Shown piece by piece: positions 1-10,313 of a DNA stretch of 64,000 bases (within the stretch, counting starts at the first letter, position 1; every line of letters starts with the position of its first letter). The stretch is from NCBI GenBank assembly GCA_964611205.1, contig CAZSZB010000001.1, positions 123,144-187,143 on the forward strand. Reading direction: 5' to 3'. The notes beneath the pieces were generated by a model that was not told the DNA's origin, did not search any database, and was given only the letters and a program-made list of their open reading frames with translations. Source of the DNA: an uncultured Candidatus Saccharibacteria bacterium (lineage in GTDB: Bacteria > Patescibacteriota > Minisyncoccia > Phycocordibacterales > UBA918). Both the position numbers and the translations under genes were made by a program.

Positions 1-48
1 GGAGTGATGTTTGTGACTGAATTAATCAGGCCTCGTTTAAATATTAAT
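1..48 (+). CDS. 3' end of an upstream CDS (partial; possibly a membrane protein of the mre/pbp2 locus)
   Basis: Frame 1 reads GVMFVTELIRPRLKY* and stops 14 nt before the PBP2 start. Confidence 0.35.
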
Positions 49-62
49 AATTATAATTCATT

Positions 63-1805
63 ATGATATTTCGACCGGATGAACATAAAGAACCCATGTC
101 CTTCGATGAAATATTTTTAGATTCATCTAATCTTCCTGCTTTCAATCGACACCGAATGGAGGGACGGTTGGAATTACCGATAAAGAAATTTAATGTTTTT
201 GTGGTTGGTGTAATTTTTTTCTTGATAGCAGGAGTTTTCTTGTACAAACTGTTTTACATGCAGGCTGTTAACGGAGCCAATTTTTCAAAAATAAGTGAAA
301 ATAATAGTATAGATAGGACAGTCATTATTGCTGAAAGAGGAGTTGTGTATGACCGCAATGGTGAACTAGTGGCGTGGAATGAATTAGATAATACTGAAGA
401 ACTTGGTTTTCCGATGCGGGCTTATTCAGATAGAAAAGGATTAGGTCAGATGATAGGTTATGTTAGCTATCCGCAAAAAGACAGTCGAGGTTTCTATTAT
501 CGAACAGAATACACTGGCGTAAATGGTGTAGAAGCTTCGTATGATGAAATTCTGAAAGGGAAGAATGGTCAACAATTAGTTGAAACAGATGCTCTAGGAA
601 ATATTATTGGAGAACACGTTGTTGATTTACCCGAGTCAGGGAAAGAGGTTCACTTATCTATCGATATTGAGTTATCAGAAGCGATGTATAACATTATCGC
701 CACCAGTACCAAACAAGCGGGCTTCCGTAGTGGCGCAGCTGCTATCATGGATTTAAGAACTGGAGAGATTGTAGCAATGACTAGTTATCCTTCTTATGAT
801 CCTGAAGTTATGTCTGATGGTAAGGATGTAGAACTTATACAATCATATAATAATGATGAAAGTTATCCGTTCCTGAACAAAGTTTTGGCAGGAGTGTATG
901 TTCCGGGTTCGATTGTTAAACCGTTTGTAGCTTACGCTGGTTTGAAGGAAGGAGTAATCACAGAAAATACAAAGATAAGCAGTAATGGTCAACTTATTAT
1001 TCCTAATCCGTATGATTCTGGTAATCCAACCCGATTCGCTGACTGGCGTTCGCAAGGAGAAATGACGGTGCGGGAAGCGCTGGCTTTTTCCTCTAATGTT
1101 TTTTTCTATTTAATCGGGGGTGGGTTACCAGAGATAGCAGTTCCGCAAGCTGGGTTAAAAAATCCCATGGATGGTCTAGGTATTAGGAAACTGGATGAGT
1201 ATTTCGATTATTTTAACTTTGGACGTAAAACCGATATTATTTTAGCCAATGAGCAATCTGGCACAGTACCAACTCCAGAATGGAAGGAGGAGGTGTTCGA
1301 TGAACCGTGGCGACTGGGTAACACTTATCACACTGCTATCGGTCAGTTTGGGTGGCAGGTCACTCCACTGCAGATGTTAGTCGCTTATGGTGCGCTGGCC
1401 ACTAACGGTAGGTTCTTTACACCTCATATAATTAAAGGCGAAACTCCTGTGTATGTTGATAAACCGATGGATGATTACATTATGGATATAATAGAAGATG
1501 GTATGCATATGACCACTTACTTCGATCGGGGAACTGCTAGATCTTTAGAAAAATCATATGTCGACATAGCTGCAAAAAGCGGAACTGCTGAGATAGGTGC
1601 CGGGAATGCTTTTGTCAATTCTTGGGCGGCCGGTTATTGGCCGCTGCAGGATCCTCAATACTCATTTATTTTAATGATGGATAAAGCTCCTCGGAGTAAT
1701 AGTCTGGGTGCTACCAGGATTATGGGTGACATTATGGATTGGATTAATGAAAATCGACCAGAGTATTTAGGTCTAGATGATGCTGTGGAAAACCTATCGA
1801 ATTGA
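63..1805 (+). CDS. mrdA: Penicillin-binding protein 2 (class B transpeptidase)
   Basis: N-terminal TM, RGVVYDRNG dimerisation motif, SxxK (GSIVK), SSN and KSGTAE motifs. Confidence 0.88.
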   Translation: MIFRPDEHKEPMSFDEIFLDSSNLPAFNRHRMEGRLELPIKKFNVFVVGVIFFLIAGVFLYKLFYMQAVNGANFSKISENNSIDRTVIIAERGVVYDRNGELVAWNELDNTEELGFPMRAYSDRKGLGQMIGYVSYPQKDSRGFYYRTEYTGVNGVEASYDEILKGKNGQQLVETDALGNIIGEHVVDLPESGKEVHLSIDIELSEAMYNIIATSTKQAGFRSGAAAIMDLRTGEIVAMTSYPSYDPEVMSDGKDVELIQSYNNDESYPFLNKVLAGVYVPGSIVKPFVAYAGLKEGVITENTKISSNGQLIIPNPYDSGNPTRFADWRSQGEMTVREALAFSSNVFFYLIGGGLPEIAVPQAGLKNPMDGLGIRKLDEYFDYFNFGRKTDIILANEQSGTVPTPEWKEEVFDEPWRLGNTYHTAIGQFGWQVTPLQMLVAYGALATNGRFFTPHIIKGETPVYVDKPMDDYIMDIIEDGMHMTTYFDRGTARSLEKSYVDIAAKSGTAEIGAGNAFVNSWAAGYWPLQDPQYSFILMMDKAPRSNSLGATRIMGDIMDWINENRPEYLGLDDAVENLSN

Positions 1806-1829
1806 CCCAAACTTGTTTATGCGTATAAT
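1802..1829 (+). promoter_or_regulatory. Sigma70-type promoter for greA
   Basis: TTGACC-16 nt-TATAAT upstream of ATG 1853. Confidence 0.65.
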
Positions 1830-1852
1830 TGTTGTCACTAACTAACTTTCAT

Positions 1853-2323
1853 ATGAATGACACACAAGCATTTTTGACCAAGGAAAAATTTGAGGAGCTA
1901 AAAAAAGAACTTGAGCACCTAAAAACAGTAAGACGTAAAGAGGTAGCAGAATCGCTCGAGTACGCAAGAAGCCTAGGAGATCTCTCAGAAAACGCCGAGT
2001 ATCAAGAAGCTCGTGATATGCAAGCAGCTATTGAGGAACGAATCAATCACCTCGAACAAGTTATTAAAGAAGCCAAGATTGTTTCAGGTAAGAAGAATGA
2101 GGATGTGGTAGGCCTAGGTACCGAAGTATGTATTCAAAAAATCGGTGACAAGGCTAGTATTTGCTACACCATAGTGGGATCAGAAGAAGCTAATATTCAT
2201 AACCATAAATTATCTTACCTCTCTCCTTTGGGCGAAGCTCTAGTGGGACGAAGCAAGGGTGATGAAATAGAGTTCGACACTCCTAACGGAAAACAAAAAT
2301 ATAAAATTCTTAAATTAGGTTAA
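1853..2323 (+). CDS. greA: Transcription elongation factor GreA
   Basis: GDLSENAEY motif and SPLGEAL; ATG 1853 preferred over upstream TTG. Confidence 0.97.
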   Translation: MNDTQAFLTKEKFEELKKELEHLKTVRRKEVAESLEYARSLGDLSENAEYQEARDMQAAIEERINHLEQVIKEAKIVSGKKNEDVVGLGTEVCIQKIGDKASICYTIVGSEEANIHNHKLSYLSPLGEALVGRSKGDEIEFDTPNGKQKYKILKLG

Positions 2324-2335
2324 ATTTTTGCCAGA

Positions 2336-2375
2336 TTTAAAAAGACGGCGGCCCAAGGGCCACCGTCTTTTTAAA
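2336..2375. terminator. Intrinsic terminator after greA
   Basis: TTTAAAAAGACGG...CCGTCTTTTTAAA GC-rich hairpin with T tracts on both strands. Confidence 0.8.
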
Positions 2376-2431
2376 TAATAGCCATAAACAGCTTTGCAAA
2401 TCGAATATTATTAGCTACTATTAGTTGCATT

Positions 2432-3922
2432 ATGGCAGAAAATCAAGAATTACGTGCAGATAGGGAACGTAAGTTAGAACTATTAAAAGAGCAAAATCAA
2501 AATCCTTATCCAGCAGATACAGAAGTTACCCATACTATTTCTGCAGTGGTAGATAATTTTTCCGAGTTGAAAGACTCAAGTGAAAGGATTGTAGTAGCAG
2601 GACGTATTATGTCTATTCGTGAACACGGAGCAATTGCTTTCGTCGATCTCTTCGACGGTACTGCCAAAATTCAAGCTTTCTTTTCTAAAGAAAATATGGA
2701 AGAAAGTTTTGATAATTTTCTCTCTTCAATAAGTACTGGTGATTTTGTCGAAGTTACAGCTATAGCTTATGTAACGAAGCGAGGAGTAGATGCTCTTAGT
2801 GTGTCTGCCTGGAAGGTACTGAGTAAAGCTCTGGCTACCATACCAACCGAACACTTTGGTTTGAAAGATGAAGATGAGCGTCTTCGTAAACGCTATCTTG
2901 ATATTCTAGTAAATCCAGAAATCAGAGAGATGTTTGATAAAAAAGCTTTGTTCTGGAAAGCTTCGAGAAGATTTTTAGAAGACAAAGGTTTTGCTGAGGT
3001 CCATACTCCTACTCTAGAGACTACAACCGGCGGTGCCGAGGCAAATCCTTTTATAACTCACCACGATGATTTTGACATTGACGTGTACCTGAGGATTTCA
3101 GTTGGTGAATTATGGCAAAAGCGTTTGATGGTTGCTGGTTTACCTAGAACTTTTGAAGTCGGTAGAGTTTATCGCAATGAGGGTTCCAGTCCAGACCATT
3201 TGCAAGAATTTACTAATATCGAATTTTATGCCGCTTACATGAATTTCGAAGATGGTCTAATTTTACTAGAGGAACATATTCAATATGTTTTAGATGAAGT
3301 TTGGGCAGGACAAAGAAAATTTTCTATGAAAGGTTTCGAGGTGGATTTCACCGGACCATTTAAGCAAATAGATTATGTTAAAACCATAGAAGAAAAAACT
3401 GGTATAAATGTAGTTTCTGCCACCTACGATGAAATGGTTGATAAAGCTAAAGAATTGGGAGTAGATTATGAGGGGGATAATAAAGAGAGGCTGACAGATA
3501 CGTTATGGAAGTATTGTCGTAAACAAATAGCCGGTCCAGTCTGGCTTACTGGTCATCCTAAATTAGTATCACCTTTGTCTAAGGAGTCAGATAAAGAAGA
3601 CGGTACTGTGTTGCGAGCGCAGCTGATAATGGCGGGAGCAGAATTCGATAATTGTTTTGCTGAACTTAATGACCCAATCGAGCAGAGAGATCGTTTTGCT
3701 ATGCAACAGCGCTTATTAGAAGCGGGGGACAATGAAGCTATGATGCCAGACTGGGATTTTGTCGAAGCCTTGGAATATGGTATGCCACCAACATTCGGAG
3801 CAGCTACTTTAGGGGAAAGGTTTTTTGCTTACTTGGTAGATAAACCGATTCGCGAAACTCAATATTTCCCACTGATGAAACCTAAGGCTGATAACTCAGT
3901 AACAGACAAGAAAGAAGAATAA
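2432..3922 (+). CDS. lysS: Lysine--tRNA ligase (class II)
   Basis: OB-fold AGRIMSIR, GGAEANPF, YRNEG, ELNDP, LEYGMPP motifs. Confidence 0.96.
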   Translation: MAENQELRADRERKLELLKEQNQNPYPADTEVTHTISAVVDNFSELKDSSERIVVAGRIMSIREHGAIAFVDLFDGTAKIQAFFSKENMEESFDNFLSSISTGDFVEVTAIAYVTKRGVDALSVSAWKVLSKALATIPTEHFGLKDEDERLRKRYLDILVNPEIREMFDKKALFWKASRRFLEDKGFAEVHTPTLETTTGGAEANPFITHHDDFDIDVYLRISVGELWQKRLMVAGLPRTFEVGRVYRNEGSSPDHLQEFTNIEFYAAYMNFEDGLILLEEHIQYVLDEVWAGQRKFSMKGFEVDFTGPFKQIDYVKTIEEKTGINVVSATYDEMVDKAKELGVDYEGDNKERLTDTLWKYCRKQIAGPVWLTGHPKLVSPLSKESDKEDGTVLRAQLIMAGAEFDNCFAELNDPIEQRDRFAMQQRLLEAGDNEAMMPDWDFVEALEYGMPPTFGAATLGERFFAYLVDKPIRETQYFPLMKPKADNSVTDKKEE

Positions 3923-4017
3923 CAACAATCGCCTGTAAATAGTCTAGTATAGCGATTTTTACTCGGACTTTACAATTGTAAAAGTCGTGTTATTGTTCTT
4001 GGCAGGAGGAAAAAGCA

Positions 4018-4209
4018 ATGAAAGCAGATCTATATTTGGACCTTACCGACTTGGAGGTTCTGTCTACCTCCGAGGAAATGGTCGACGGAGAGAAGGTTAC
4101 GACGATGACTATTCGTCTCGGAAGTGACCGACGAGTGATCATGGTCAGGTATAAAGACGAATTGCCATGCATACTCCTTTTCGGTCGGCCGAACCTGGAA
4201 TGCTTCTAG
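4018..4209 (+). CDS. Small orphan protein (63 aa)
   Basis: AGGAGG SD 8 nt before ATG, upstream TTTACA...TATTGT promoter-like elements, downstream hairpin terminator; GC-richer than neighbours. Confidence 0.65.
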   Translation: MKADLYLDLTDLEVLSTSEEMVDGEKVTTMTIRLGSDRRVIMVRYKDELPCILLFGRPNLECF

Positions 4210-4229
4210 GTTCGATAATTACACAACGA

Positions 4230-4257
4230 AAAAGACGGCGCCCCGGTGCCGTCTTTT
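4230..4257 (+). terminator. Intrinsic terminator after the 63-aa orphan
   Basis: AAAAGACGGC-GCCCCGGT-GCCGTCTTTT hairpin. Confidence 0.75.
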
Positions 4258-4278
4258 CTTATTGTGTTGTGTATAACT

Positions 4279-4343
4279 GTGGCAGAGGGTGGGGTGAGGT
4301 GGTATATACTATAGGAGTGGTGGGAGATAGTGGTATACTGTGA
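4279..4343 (+). promoter_or_regulatory. MraZ-binding boxes / dcw promoter region
   Basis: GTGG at 4279, 4289, 4299 and 4320, 4330 (GTGA 4340), 10-bp period, directly upstream of mraZ; matches known MraZ GTGG(G) repeat operators. Confidence 0.75.
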
Positions 4344-4365
4344 AAACAGTATAACTGTCGAGATT

Positions 4366-4800
4366 ATGTTAATAGGAGAATATACACATACACTAGATCC
4401 TAAGAAACGGCTGTCCATTCCGTCTAAATGGCGGAAGGAACTTGGGAAAAAGTTGATCCTTACACGGGGTCTCGACAACTGTCTCTTTGTATATCCGCTG
4501 CGTGAGTGGCAAAAGGTCAGTGAAAAAATTGGCCAATTGCCGCTCGGTCAGGCGGACACAAGAAGCTTCAATCGCTTCTTTCTTTCAGGAGCAGTAGAAG
4601 TAGAGGTAGATAGTGTTGGACGTATTCTCGTTCCAGATTTCTTAAAGGAATTTGCAGTACTAGATTCAAAAGTAGTATTAGCAGGTATCCATGATCGTGT
4701 GGAAATTTGGGATGAGAAGAAATGGACTCAGTACAAACGTGAGATCGAAACCAAAGCTGATCAGTTAGCTGAAAAGCTGGGCGACATCGGAGTACTTTAG
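4366..4800 (+). CDS. mraZ: Transcriptional regulator MraZ
   Basis: MLIGEYTHTLDPKKRLSIP and DSVGRILVP AbrB-like repeats; first gene of mraZ-rsmH-ftsL-ftsI. Confidence 0.96.
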   Translation: MLIGEYTHTLDPKKRLSIPSKWRKELGKKLILTRGLDNCLFVYPLREWQKVSEKIGQLPLGQADTRSFNRFFLSGAVEVEVDSVGRILVPDFLKEFAVLDSKVVLAGIHDRVEIWDEKKWTQYKREIETKADQLAEKLGDIGVL

Positions 4801-4827
4801 TTCGTATCTTCTACCACACAAAACACT

Positions 4828-5727
4828 ATGCAACACATAACGGTTCTAGAGCATGAAGCTGTTGATTTATTGGGTCTAAAAAAAGATTCAGTAGTCGTCG
4901 ATTGTACCTTAGGTAGTGGCGGACATGCCAAGTACATACAAACAATACTTGGTGAAAAAGGACATTACATAGGTATCGACGCTGACCCAACTGCAATAAC
5001 AGCTAACGAAGAGTTAAAAAATTCTTCAGTTGCTAAGGTCACATTATTAAAAGCAAATTTTCGTGACATAGACCAAGTGTTGTTAACAGCTGGTGAAAGT
5101 GAGGTGGATGCCATTTTGGCTGACCTAGGTTGGAGGATGGAACAATTCTCTGGTTCAACAGATTTACCAAGAGGTTTTTCTTTCCAGAGTGATGAACCAC
5201 TACATATGACTTTTGGTGAGCCGAGTAGTCATCCATTTACTGCTTATGACATTGTAAATGACTGGGCCGAAGAGGATATAGCGAATGTCATTTACGCTTA
5301 CGGCGGTGAAGGATTTTCACGACGGATTGCGACAGCTATCGTCGCAGCTCGTAAAAATTCACCGATAGAGCGAGCTAGTCAGTTAGCAGAGATTGTGGAA
5401 GAGTCAGTGCCTGCCTTCTACAGAAGACAAAAAACACATCCAGCCACCAAAACCTTTCAGGGTTTACGTATAGCAGTCAATGATGAACTGGATGCACTCA
5501 GTGAATTGATAAGTAAAGGTTTCTCTTCACTTAAATCAGGTGGTCGACTAGCCATCATTACTTTTCACAGCCTTGAAGACCGGATAGTTAAACACAGCTA
5601 TCGAAATTTAGTCAGCGATCAAAAAGCAGTTTTAGTAAACAAAAAACCAATAGTTCCAAGTCCTGAAGAATTATCAACCAATCCCAGAAGCAGAAGCGCA
5701 AAACTAAGAGTAATTGAAAAAAATTAA
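4828..5727 (+). CDS. rsmH: 16S rRNA m4C1402 methyltransferase RsmH
   Basis: DCTLGSGGH, RGFSF, TFQGLRIAVNDEL, FHSLEDR, NPRSRSAKLR. Confidence 0.96.
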   Translation: MQHITVLEHEAVDLLGLKKDSVVVDCTLGSGGHAKYIQTILGEKGHYIGIDADPTAITANEELKNSSVAKVTLLKANFRDIDQVLLTAGESEVDAILADLGWRMEQFSGSTDLPRGFSFQSDEPLHMTFGEPSSHPFTAYDIVNDWAEEDIANVIYAYGGEGFSRRIATAIVAARKNSPIERASQLAEIVEESVPAFYRRQKTHPATKTFQGLRIAVNDELDALSELISKGFSSLKSGGRLAIITFHSLEDRIVKHSYRNLVSDQKAVLVNKKPIVPSPEELSTNPRSRSAKLRVIEKN

Positions 5728-5728
5728 T

Positions 5729-6049
5729 ATGAACAAGAAGAGAATGCAAACAATAAATTATGATCGGATAGTTTTTATTGTCCTGGCTTTTGCTTGCATC
5801 GGGATGGTTGCTTTATATATGTACTTTGTTAGCGCTTCGATTGTTCACGTTGTGATAAGAAAAGAAGTAGGGCAAGATTTAGTCAGACTTAGTTCTGAGG
5901 TTAGTGAGTTAGATTCCAAATACATAGCAGCGCAACACGCTATGAGTAATCAAATTGCAACTTTAGAAGGTTATCATGAAATAGAGAACAAGATTTTTAT
6001 AAATAGAACTTCAGCCAACCTGGCTCTGTCCAAGACTATCGAACCGTAG
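5729..6049 (+). CDS. Putative cell division protein FtsL-like
   Basis: Single TM plus coiled-coil, positioned between rsmH and ftsI. Confidence 0.6.
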   Translation: MNKKRMQTINYDRIVFIVLAFACIGMVALYMYFVSASIVHVVIRKEVGQDLVRLSSEVSELDSKYIAAQHAMSNQIATLEGYHEIENKIFINRTSANLALSKTIEP

Positions 6050-6122
6050 CGCAGAATCTGATATGATTCTAATGAATTTTTCTGTATCAATCCGCTCACA
6101 GAATAATTTTCTGTAACTGACA

Positions 6123-7838
6123 ATGAGAAAACAAGCAATAATTAGAATCCGAATAATCACCTCTGTAGTACTGCTTTTGGCAGTTATTCTTTTAATTAAA
6201 CTCTATTATATACAGATATTTAGCCACGATAAATATGTAGAGGAAGCAGAGAGTCAGTATGTTCACACTGTAAATGATTTGTACTCTAGAGGTAATATTT
6301 ATTTCACAGCCCGTGATGGTAGTAAAGTATCAGCCGCAACAGTCCAGGCTGGTTATTTGTTAGCTATAAATCCATCTCATATTAAAGATGATGAATCAGT
6401 TTATTTAAAATTGAATGAAATTGTAGAAATTGATCGTGATTCCTTTATGCGTAAAGCTGCTAATAAGGATAAGGTTTATCAAGAAATATTATCGCAAATA
6501 AATAAAGAAGAAGCGGATCGTATAGAGAAGCTAGGACTTGATGGTGTCCAGATGTATCGTAACCAGTGGCGTTACTATCCCGGAGATAGTCTGTCAGCCC
6601 GTACCATCGGCTTTGTTGGTTACTTTAAGGATTCTAATCAATTGACTGGTCGCTATGGTCTAGAACGCTATTATGATGATGTTCTTTTGCGTGACCGAGA
6701 CAGATTGTCAGTTAACTTTTTTGCCGAAATATTTAGCAATCTAGGTAATGTGATTTTTGATAACTCTGACTCTCGCTCGGGAGATGTTATCACTTCTATT
6801 GAACCAACAGTGGCTAGGGTATTAGATCAACAACTCTATGCCGCCCAGAATAAATGGAATAGTGATCTCACTGGCGGTATTATTATTAACCCTAAAACAG
6901 GGGAGATATATGCGATGAATGTAGTACCTACCTTCGATCTTAATGATCGCAAAGGAGTGGACCTTAGTGATTTTAGAAATCCTTTAGTAGAGAACGTATA
7001 TGAGTTTGGTTCTATTATAAAAGCTCTAACAATGGCTGCTGGTTTAGATAGTGGAGCGGTAAATGCTGCTACAACTTATTATGATAGTGGAAAGATGACT
7101 CTTGATGGTTTTACTATCGGTAACTATGATGGACGAGGTCGGGGAACTGTGTCGATGCAGGAGGTACTTAATCAATCGCTTAACACGGGAGTATCGTTTG
7201 TGGTAGAAACAATGGGTAAAGATAAGTTTCGAAATTATTTCAAAGACTTAAAATTGGGTAATGAAACAGGGATTGATTTACCAAATGAAGCTTTTGGTTT
7301 GATAGCAAACTTAGATTCTCCAAGAAAAATAGAATATGCGACAGCTTCCTTTGGTCAAGGGATTGCGATGACGCCAGTATCAATCGTTCGAGCTTTATCA
7401 GCTCTAGGAAATGGGGGTAAACTAATTTCTCCTCACATAGCGACAGCTATTGAGTATAAGGATGGTGAGGTTAGAAAAATAAGTTATCCAGAAGGTGATC
7501 AGGTTTTTTCAGCGGCTACTAGTGAAGAGATTTCTCGTATGTTGACAGTGGTAGTAGATGAAGCGTTGGCAAAAGGGGAGGTAGCTCTGCCAAATTATTC
7601 TGTAGCGGCCAAGACAGGAACAGCCCAGATCGCCGACCCGGTACATGGTGGTTACTATGGGGATCGTTATCTGCACTCATTTTTCGGTTATTTCCCATCA
7701 TACGACCCGGAATTTTTGATATTTCTTTATACGGTAGAACCGAAAAATGTTAAGTACGCATCAGAAACACTGACAGAACCCTTTATTGAGCTAACTAAAT
7801 TCTTGATAAATTATTATGATTTGCCACCAGATAGGTAG
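6123..7838 (+). CDS. ftsI: Peptidoglycan transpeptidase FtsI/PBP3
   Basis: GSIIK, SLN and KTGTAQ motifs; dcw position. Confidence 0.88.
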   Translation: MRKQAIIRIRIITSVVLLLAVILLIKLYYIQIFSHDKYVEEAESQYVHTVNDLYSRGNIYFTARDGSKVSAATVQAGYLLAINPSHIKDDESVYLKLNEIVEIDRDSFMRKAANKDKVYQEILSQINKEEADRIEKLGLDGVQMYRNQWRYYPGDSLSARTIGFVGYFKDSNQLTGRYGLERYYDDVLLRDRDRLSVNFFAEIFSNLGNVIFDNSDSRSGDVITSIEPTVARVLDQQLYAAQNKWNSDLTGGIIINPKTGEIYAMNVVPTFDLNDRKGVDLSDFRNPLVENVYEFGSIIKALTMAAGLDSGAVNAATTYYDSGKMTLDGFTIGNYDGRGRGTVSMQEVLNQSLNTGVSFVVETMGKDKFRNYFKDLKLGNETGIDLPNEAFGLIANLDSPRKIEYATASFGQGIAMTPVSIVRALSALGNGGKLISPHIATAIEYKDGEVRKISYPEGDQVFSAATSEEISRMLTVVVDEALAKGEVALPNYSVAAKTGTAQIADPVHGGYYGDRYLHSFFGYFPSYDPEFLIFLYTVEPKNVKYASETLTEPFIELTKFLINYYDLPPDR

Positions 7839-7934
7839 AAGTATTTATCTATACAAGGTAAAATCTACAAATGACGTGTCTTGAGGGAAGTGTGCTACTG
7901 AATATCCAATTAAACAATATACAATCTTTACGGT

Positions 7935-9224
7935 ATGAAAAGAATCTTTAAACTAGTTGTAGTAAATATCCTAACTGCTGAAGCCAAAATAATTCTCAAA
8001 AAACATAAGCCGAAAATTATTGCCGTAACCGGTAGTGTTGGTAAAACATCTACTAAGGATGCTATTTATACGGTCTTAAAGGATAAAGTTAAATCACGTA
8101 AAAACCAGAAAAGTTTTAACTCAGAATTTGGAGTTCCTTTAACTATCCTTGGTTTGCAAACTGCATGGAATAGTCCTTTAGGTTGGATTAAAAACTTAAT
8201 TGAGGGTCTTTTTATAATTTTATTTACCCGTGAGTATCCGGAGGTTTTGGTATTGGAAGCGGGAGTCGATCATCCAGGTGATATGGTCAGATTAACTAGC
8301 TGGCTAAAACCAGACATGGTTGTTCTGACGAGTTTACCTGATGTACCAGTGCATGTAGAGTTTTTTCCTAGTCCAAATGATGTAATTAAGGAAAAAATGA
8401 AGTTGGTAGAGGCTCTTAAAGAGGACGGAATTCTTATCTATAACAATGATGATGAGAAAGTCAGAGAGGTAGTGGCCAGTGTACGTCAACAGTCTTTCGG
8501 TTATAGTCGTTATTCGACTTCTCATTTTATAGCCACCGGAGATAAAATTATCTATGATGGGAGTAGTCCGATTGGGGTAGCTTTTGAACTCGAATCAGTC
8601 ACCGAGAAAGCAAATTTTAAAGTAAATGGTTCGGTCGGGTTACCTAATATCTTTAGCTACAGTGCAGCGGCAGCTGTGGGTCATGTCTTCGAAATTAGTC
8701 TGACAGAGGCTGCTGTGGCGCTTAGTAAGCATGTCCCTCCACCGGGGCGAATGCGGCTTCTTGAGGGTGTAAAACAAACTACAATCATAGATGACACCTA
8801 CAACTCTTCACCAACGGCATGTGAACGAGCTTTGCAAACGTTGAATGAAATTAGTAGCGCTAAACGTAAGATAGCTGTGTTAGGTGATATGTTGGAGCTG
8901 GGACAGTATTCAGTGCGGGAACATGAAAAAATCGGAGTTCTGGTAGAAAAATATGCCGATATACTACTAACTGTCGGGGTGAGATCAAGAAAGATAGCTG
9001 AAGCAGCGCTTGAAAATGGAATGGATGAAAGCAATATTTTTCAGTATGAAAAAACAGATAGAGCAGGGGATGAATTATATGGGATGCTTGAACCAGGTGA
9101 TGTGGTGTTAGTTAAAGCTTCACAGAGTATTAGGGCAGAAAAAATAGTGGCAAAAATACTAAATGATCCAAAAAGCGCAGAGCAAGAACTAGTTCGGCAA
9201 GAAGAACGTTGGAAAAATATTTAG
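7935..9224 (+). CDS. murF: UDP-MurNAc-tripeptide--D-Ala-D-Ala ligase
   Basis: AVTGSVGKTSTK P-loop, DDTYNSSP, LGDMLELG, LVKAS. Confidence 0.93.
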   Translation: MKRIFKLVVVNILTAEAKIILKKHKPKIIAVTGSVGKTSTKDAIYTVLKDKVKSRKNQKSFNSEFGVPLTILGLQTAWNSPLGWIKNLIEGLFIILFTREYPEVLVLEAGVDHPGDMVRLTSWLKPDMVVLTSLPDVPVHVEFFPSPNDVIKEKMKLVEALKEDGILIYNNDDEKVREVVASVRQQSFGYSRYSTSHFIATGDKIIYDGSSPIGVAFELESVTEKANFKVNGSVGLPNIFSYSAAAAVGHVFEISLTEAAVALSKHVPPPGRMRLLEGVKQTTIIDDTYNSSPTACERALQTLNEISSAKRKIAVLGDMLELGQYSVREHEKIGVLVEKYADILLTVGVRSRKIAEAALENGMDESNIFQYEKTDRAGDELYGMLEPGDVVLVKASQSIRAEKIVAKILNDPKSAEQELVRQEERWKNI

Positions 9225-9310
9225 ACTACTGAAATATAAATAAATAGCCACAGAAATGGATTTAGCTTGCAAAAGCAGGTTATTAAGAGTAATGTACAGA
9301 CATAACAAAC

Positions 9311-10264
9311 ATGCTTATGTCAACAACAATTCAAAAAACTATTACTTTCGTACTTGGTTTGAGTTTGGTGCTAACTCTAGCTACTACTTTAGTGCCAAAA
9401 GCAGAAGCGAGTACGGTCTATTATCCTAATAGAGGCTCTGAGTCTGTAGAACAGATGATTGCGCGTCTATACCAACTGATAGCTCAGTTACAACAGCTAC
9501 AAGCCCAGCAAAATTATAACTACGGATATACTTACGGAAATATGTACGGACAAGTACATGGAGTAAGTTATTATCCTTCTTATGGTGTAAATGTAGAAAC
9601 TTTACTAGTTTCTAATACTGACAGAAACTCCACTACACTAAATGGACGAGTGAGTTTAACTGGTTCAGATTATGCTTATGTTTGGTTCGAGTACGGTATA
9701 GATGGAGATTTTGATTATCAAACTGAGAAAATACGGATAAATAATAATTACACAAATAATTTTAGTGTCAGACTTTATAACTTGCGAGATAATAAGCAGT
9801 ATAGTTTCCGGGCTGTAGTCGAAGATAAAAATGGCCGTCGAAGTTACGGAGAGCGTCGTTATTTCCAGTTAGATAATTATAGTGGTTCTTCATATCGTGA
9901 TGAAGAGCCAACCGTAAATACCAACAGAGCTGATGAAATATCACGAAATAGTGCTAGATTACGAGGCGATGTAGATATGAATGATTTCGACAAAGGACAG
10001 GTTTTCTTTGTCTATGGTGAAAGTAGAAATCAAGTAATAAATGTTGAAGATGAAAATAGTTATTACGACATAAATGAGAATAGGAGAGACTTAAAGAAAG
10101 TTTTGGTAGATAGGGGACTTAACGGTTTTAGAAGCTATTGGTACCGAGTTGGTAATTTGTACGATAACACAAATTATTATTTCCGACTTTGTGTTGGATA
10201 TGATAATGACCGCAGAAACGAAACACTCGAATGTGGTGATGTCAGACAGTTTAGAACCAATTAA
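9311..10264 (+). CDS. Secreted protein with two FN3/Ig-like beta repeats
   Basis: Signal peptide ending AEA, Gln-rich helix, two repeats of NS.TL.G.V...WFEYG/FFVYG...Y.FR. Confidence 0.7.
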   Translation: MLMSTTIQKTITFVLGLSLVLTLATTLVPKAEASTVYYPNRGSESVEQMIARLYQLIAQLQQLQAQQNYNYGYTYGNMYGQVHGVSYYPSYGVNVETLLVSNTDRNSTTLNGRVSLTGSDYAYVWFEYGIDGDFDYQTEKIRINNNYTNNFSVRLYNLRDNKQYSFRAVVEDKNGRRSYGERRYFQLDNYSGSSYRDEEPTVNTNRADEISRNSARLRGDVDMNDFDKGQVFFVYGESRNQVINVEDENSYYDINENRRDLKKVLVDRGLNGFRSYWYRVGNLYDNTNYYFRLCVGYDNDRRNETLECGDVRQFRTN

Positions 10265-10280
10265 TCAAAAAATAATGATG

Positions 10281-10308
10281 AACGCCCCGAACTGATGTCC
10301 GGGGCGTT
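10281..10308. terminator. Hairpin terminator between convergent genes
   Basis: AACGCCCCG...CGGGGCGTT stem. Confidence 0.7.
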
Positions 10309-10313
10309 TGGTT

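Noticed and set aside
4208-4230. AGGTTCG...ACGAA after the 63-aa orphan resembling the dif-like site
   Set aside because: Only 7 bp match and the arm spacing is 4 nt shorter than 11-6-11; likely chance
2339-4257. Shared AAAAAGACGGCG in two terminators flanking lysS and the orphan
   Set aside because: A 12-bp similarity in A-tract/GC-stem terminators is explicable by convergence; no other sign of a mobile unit
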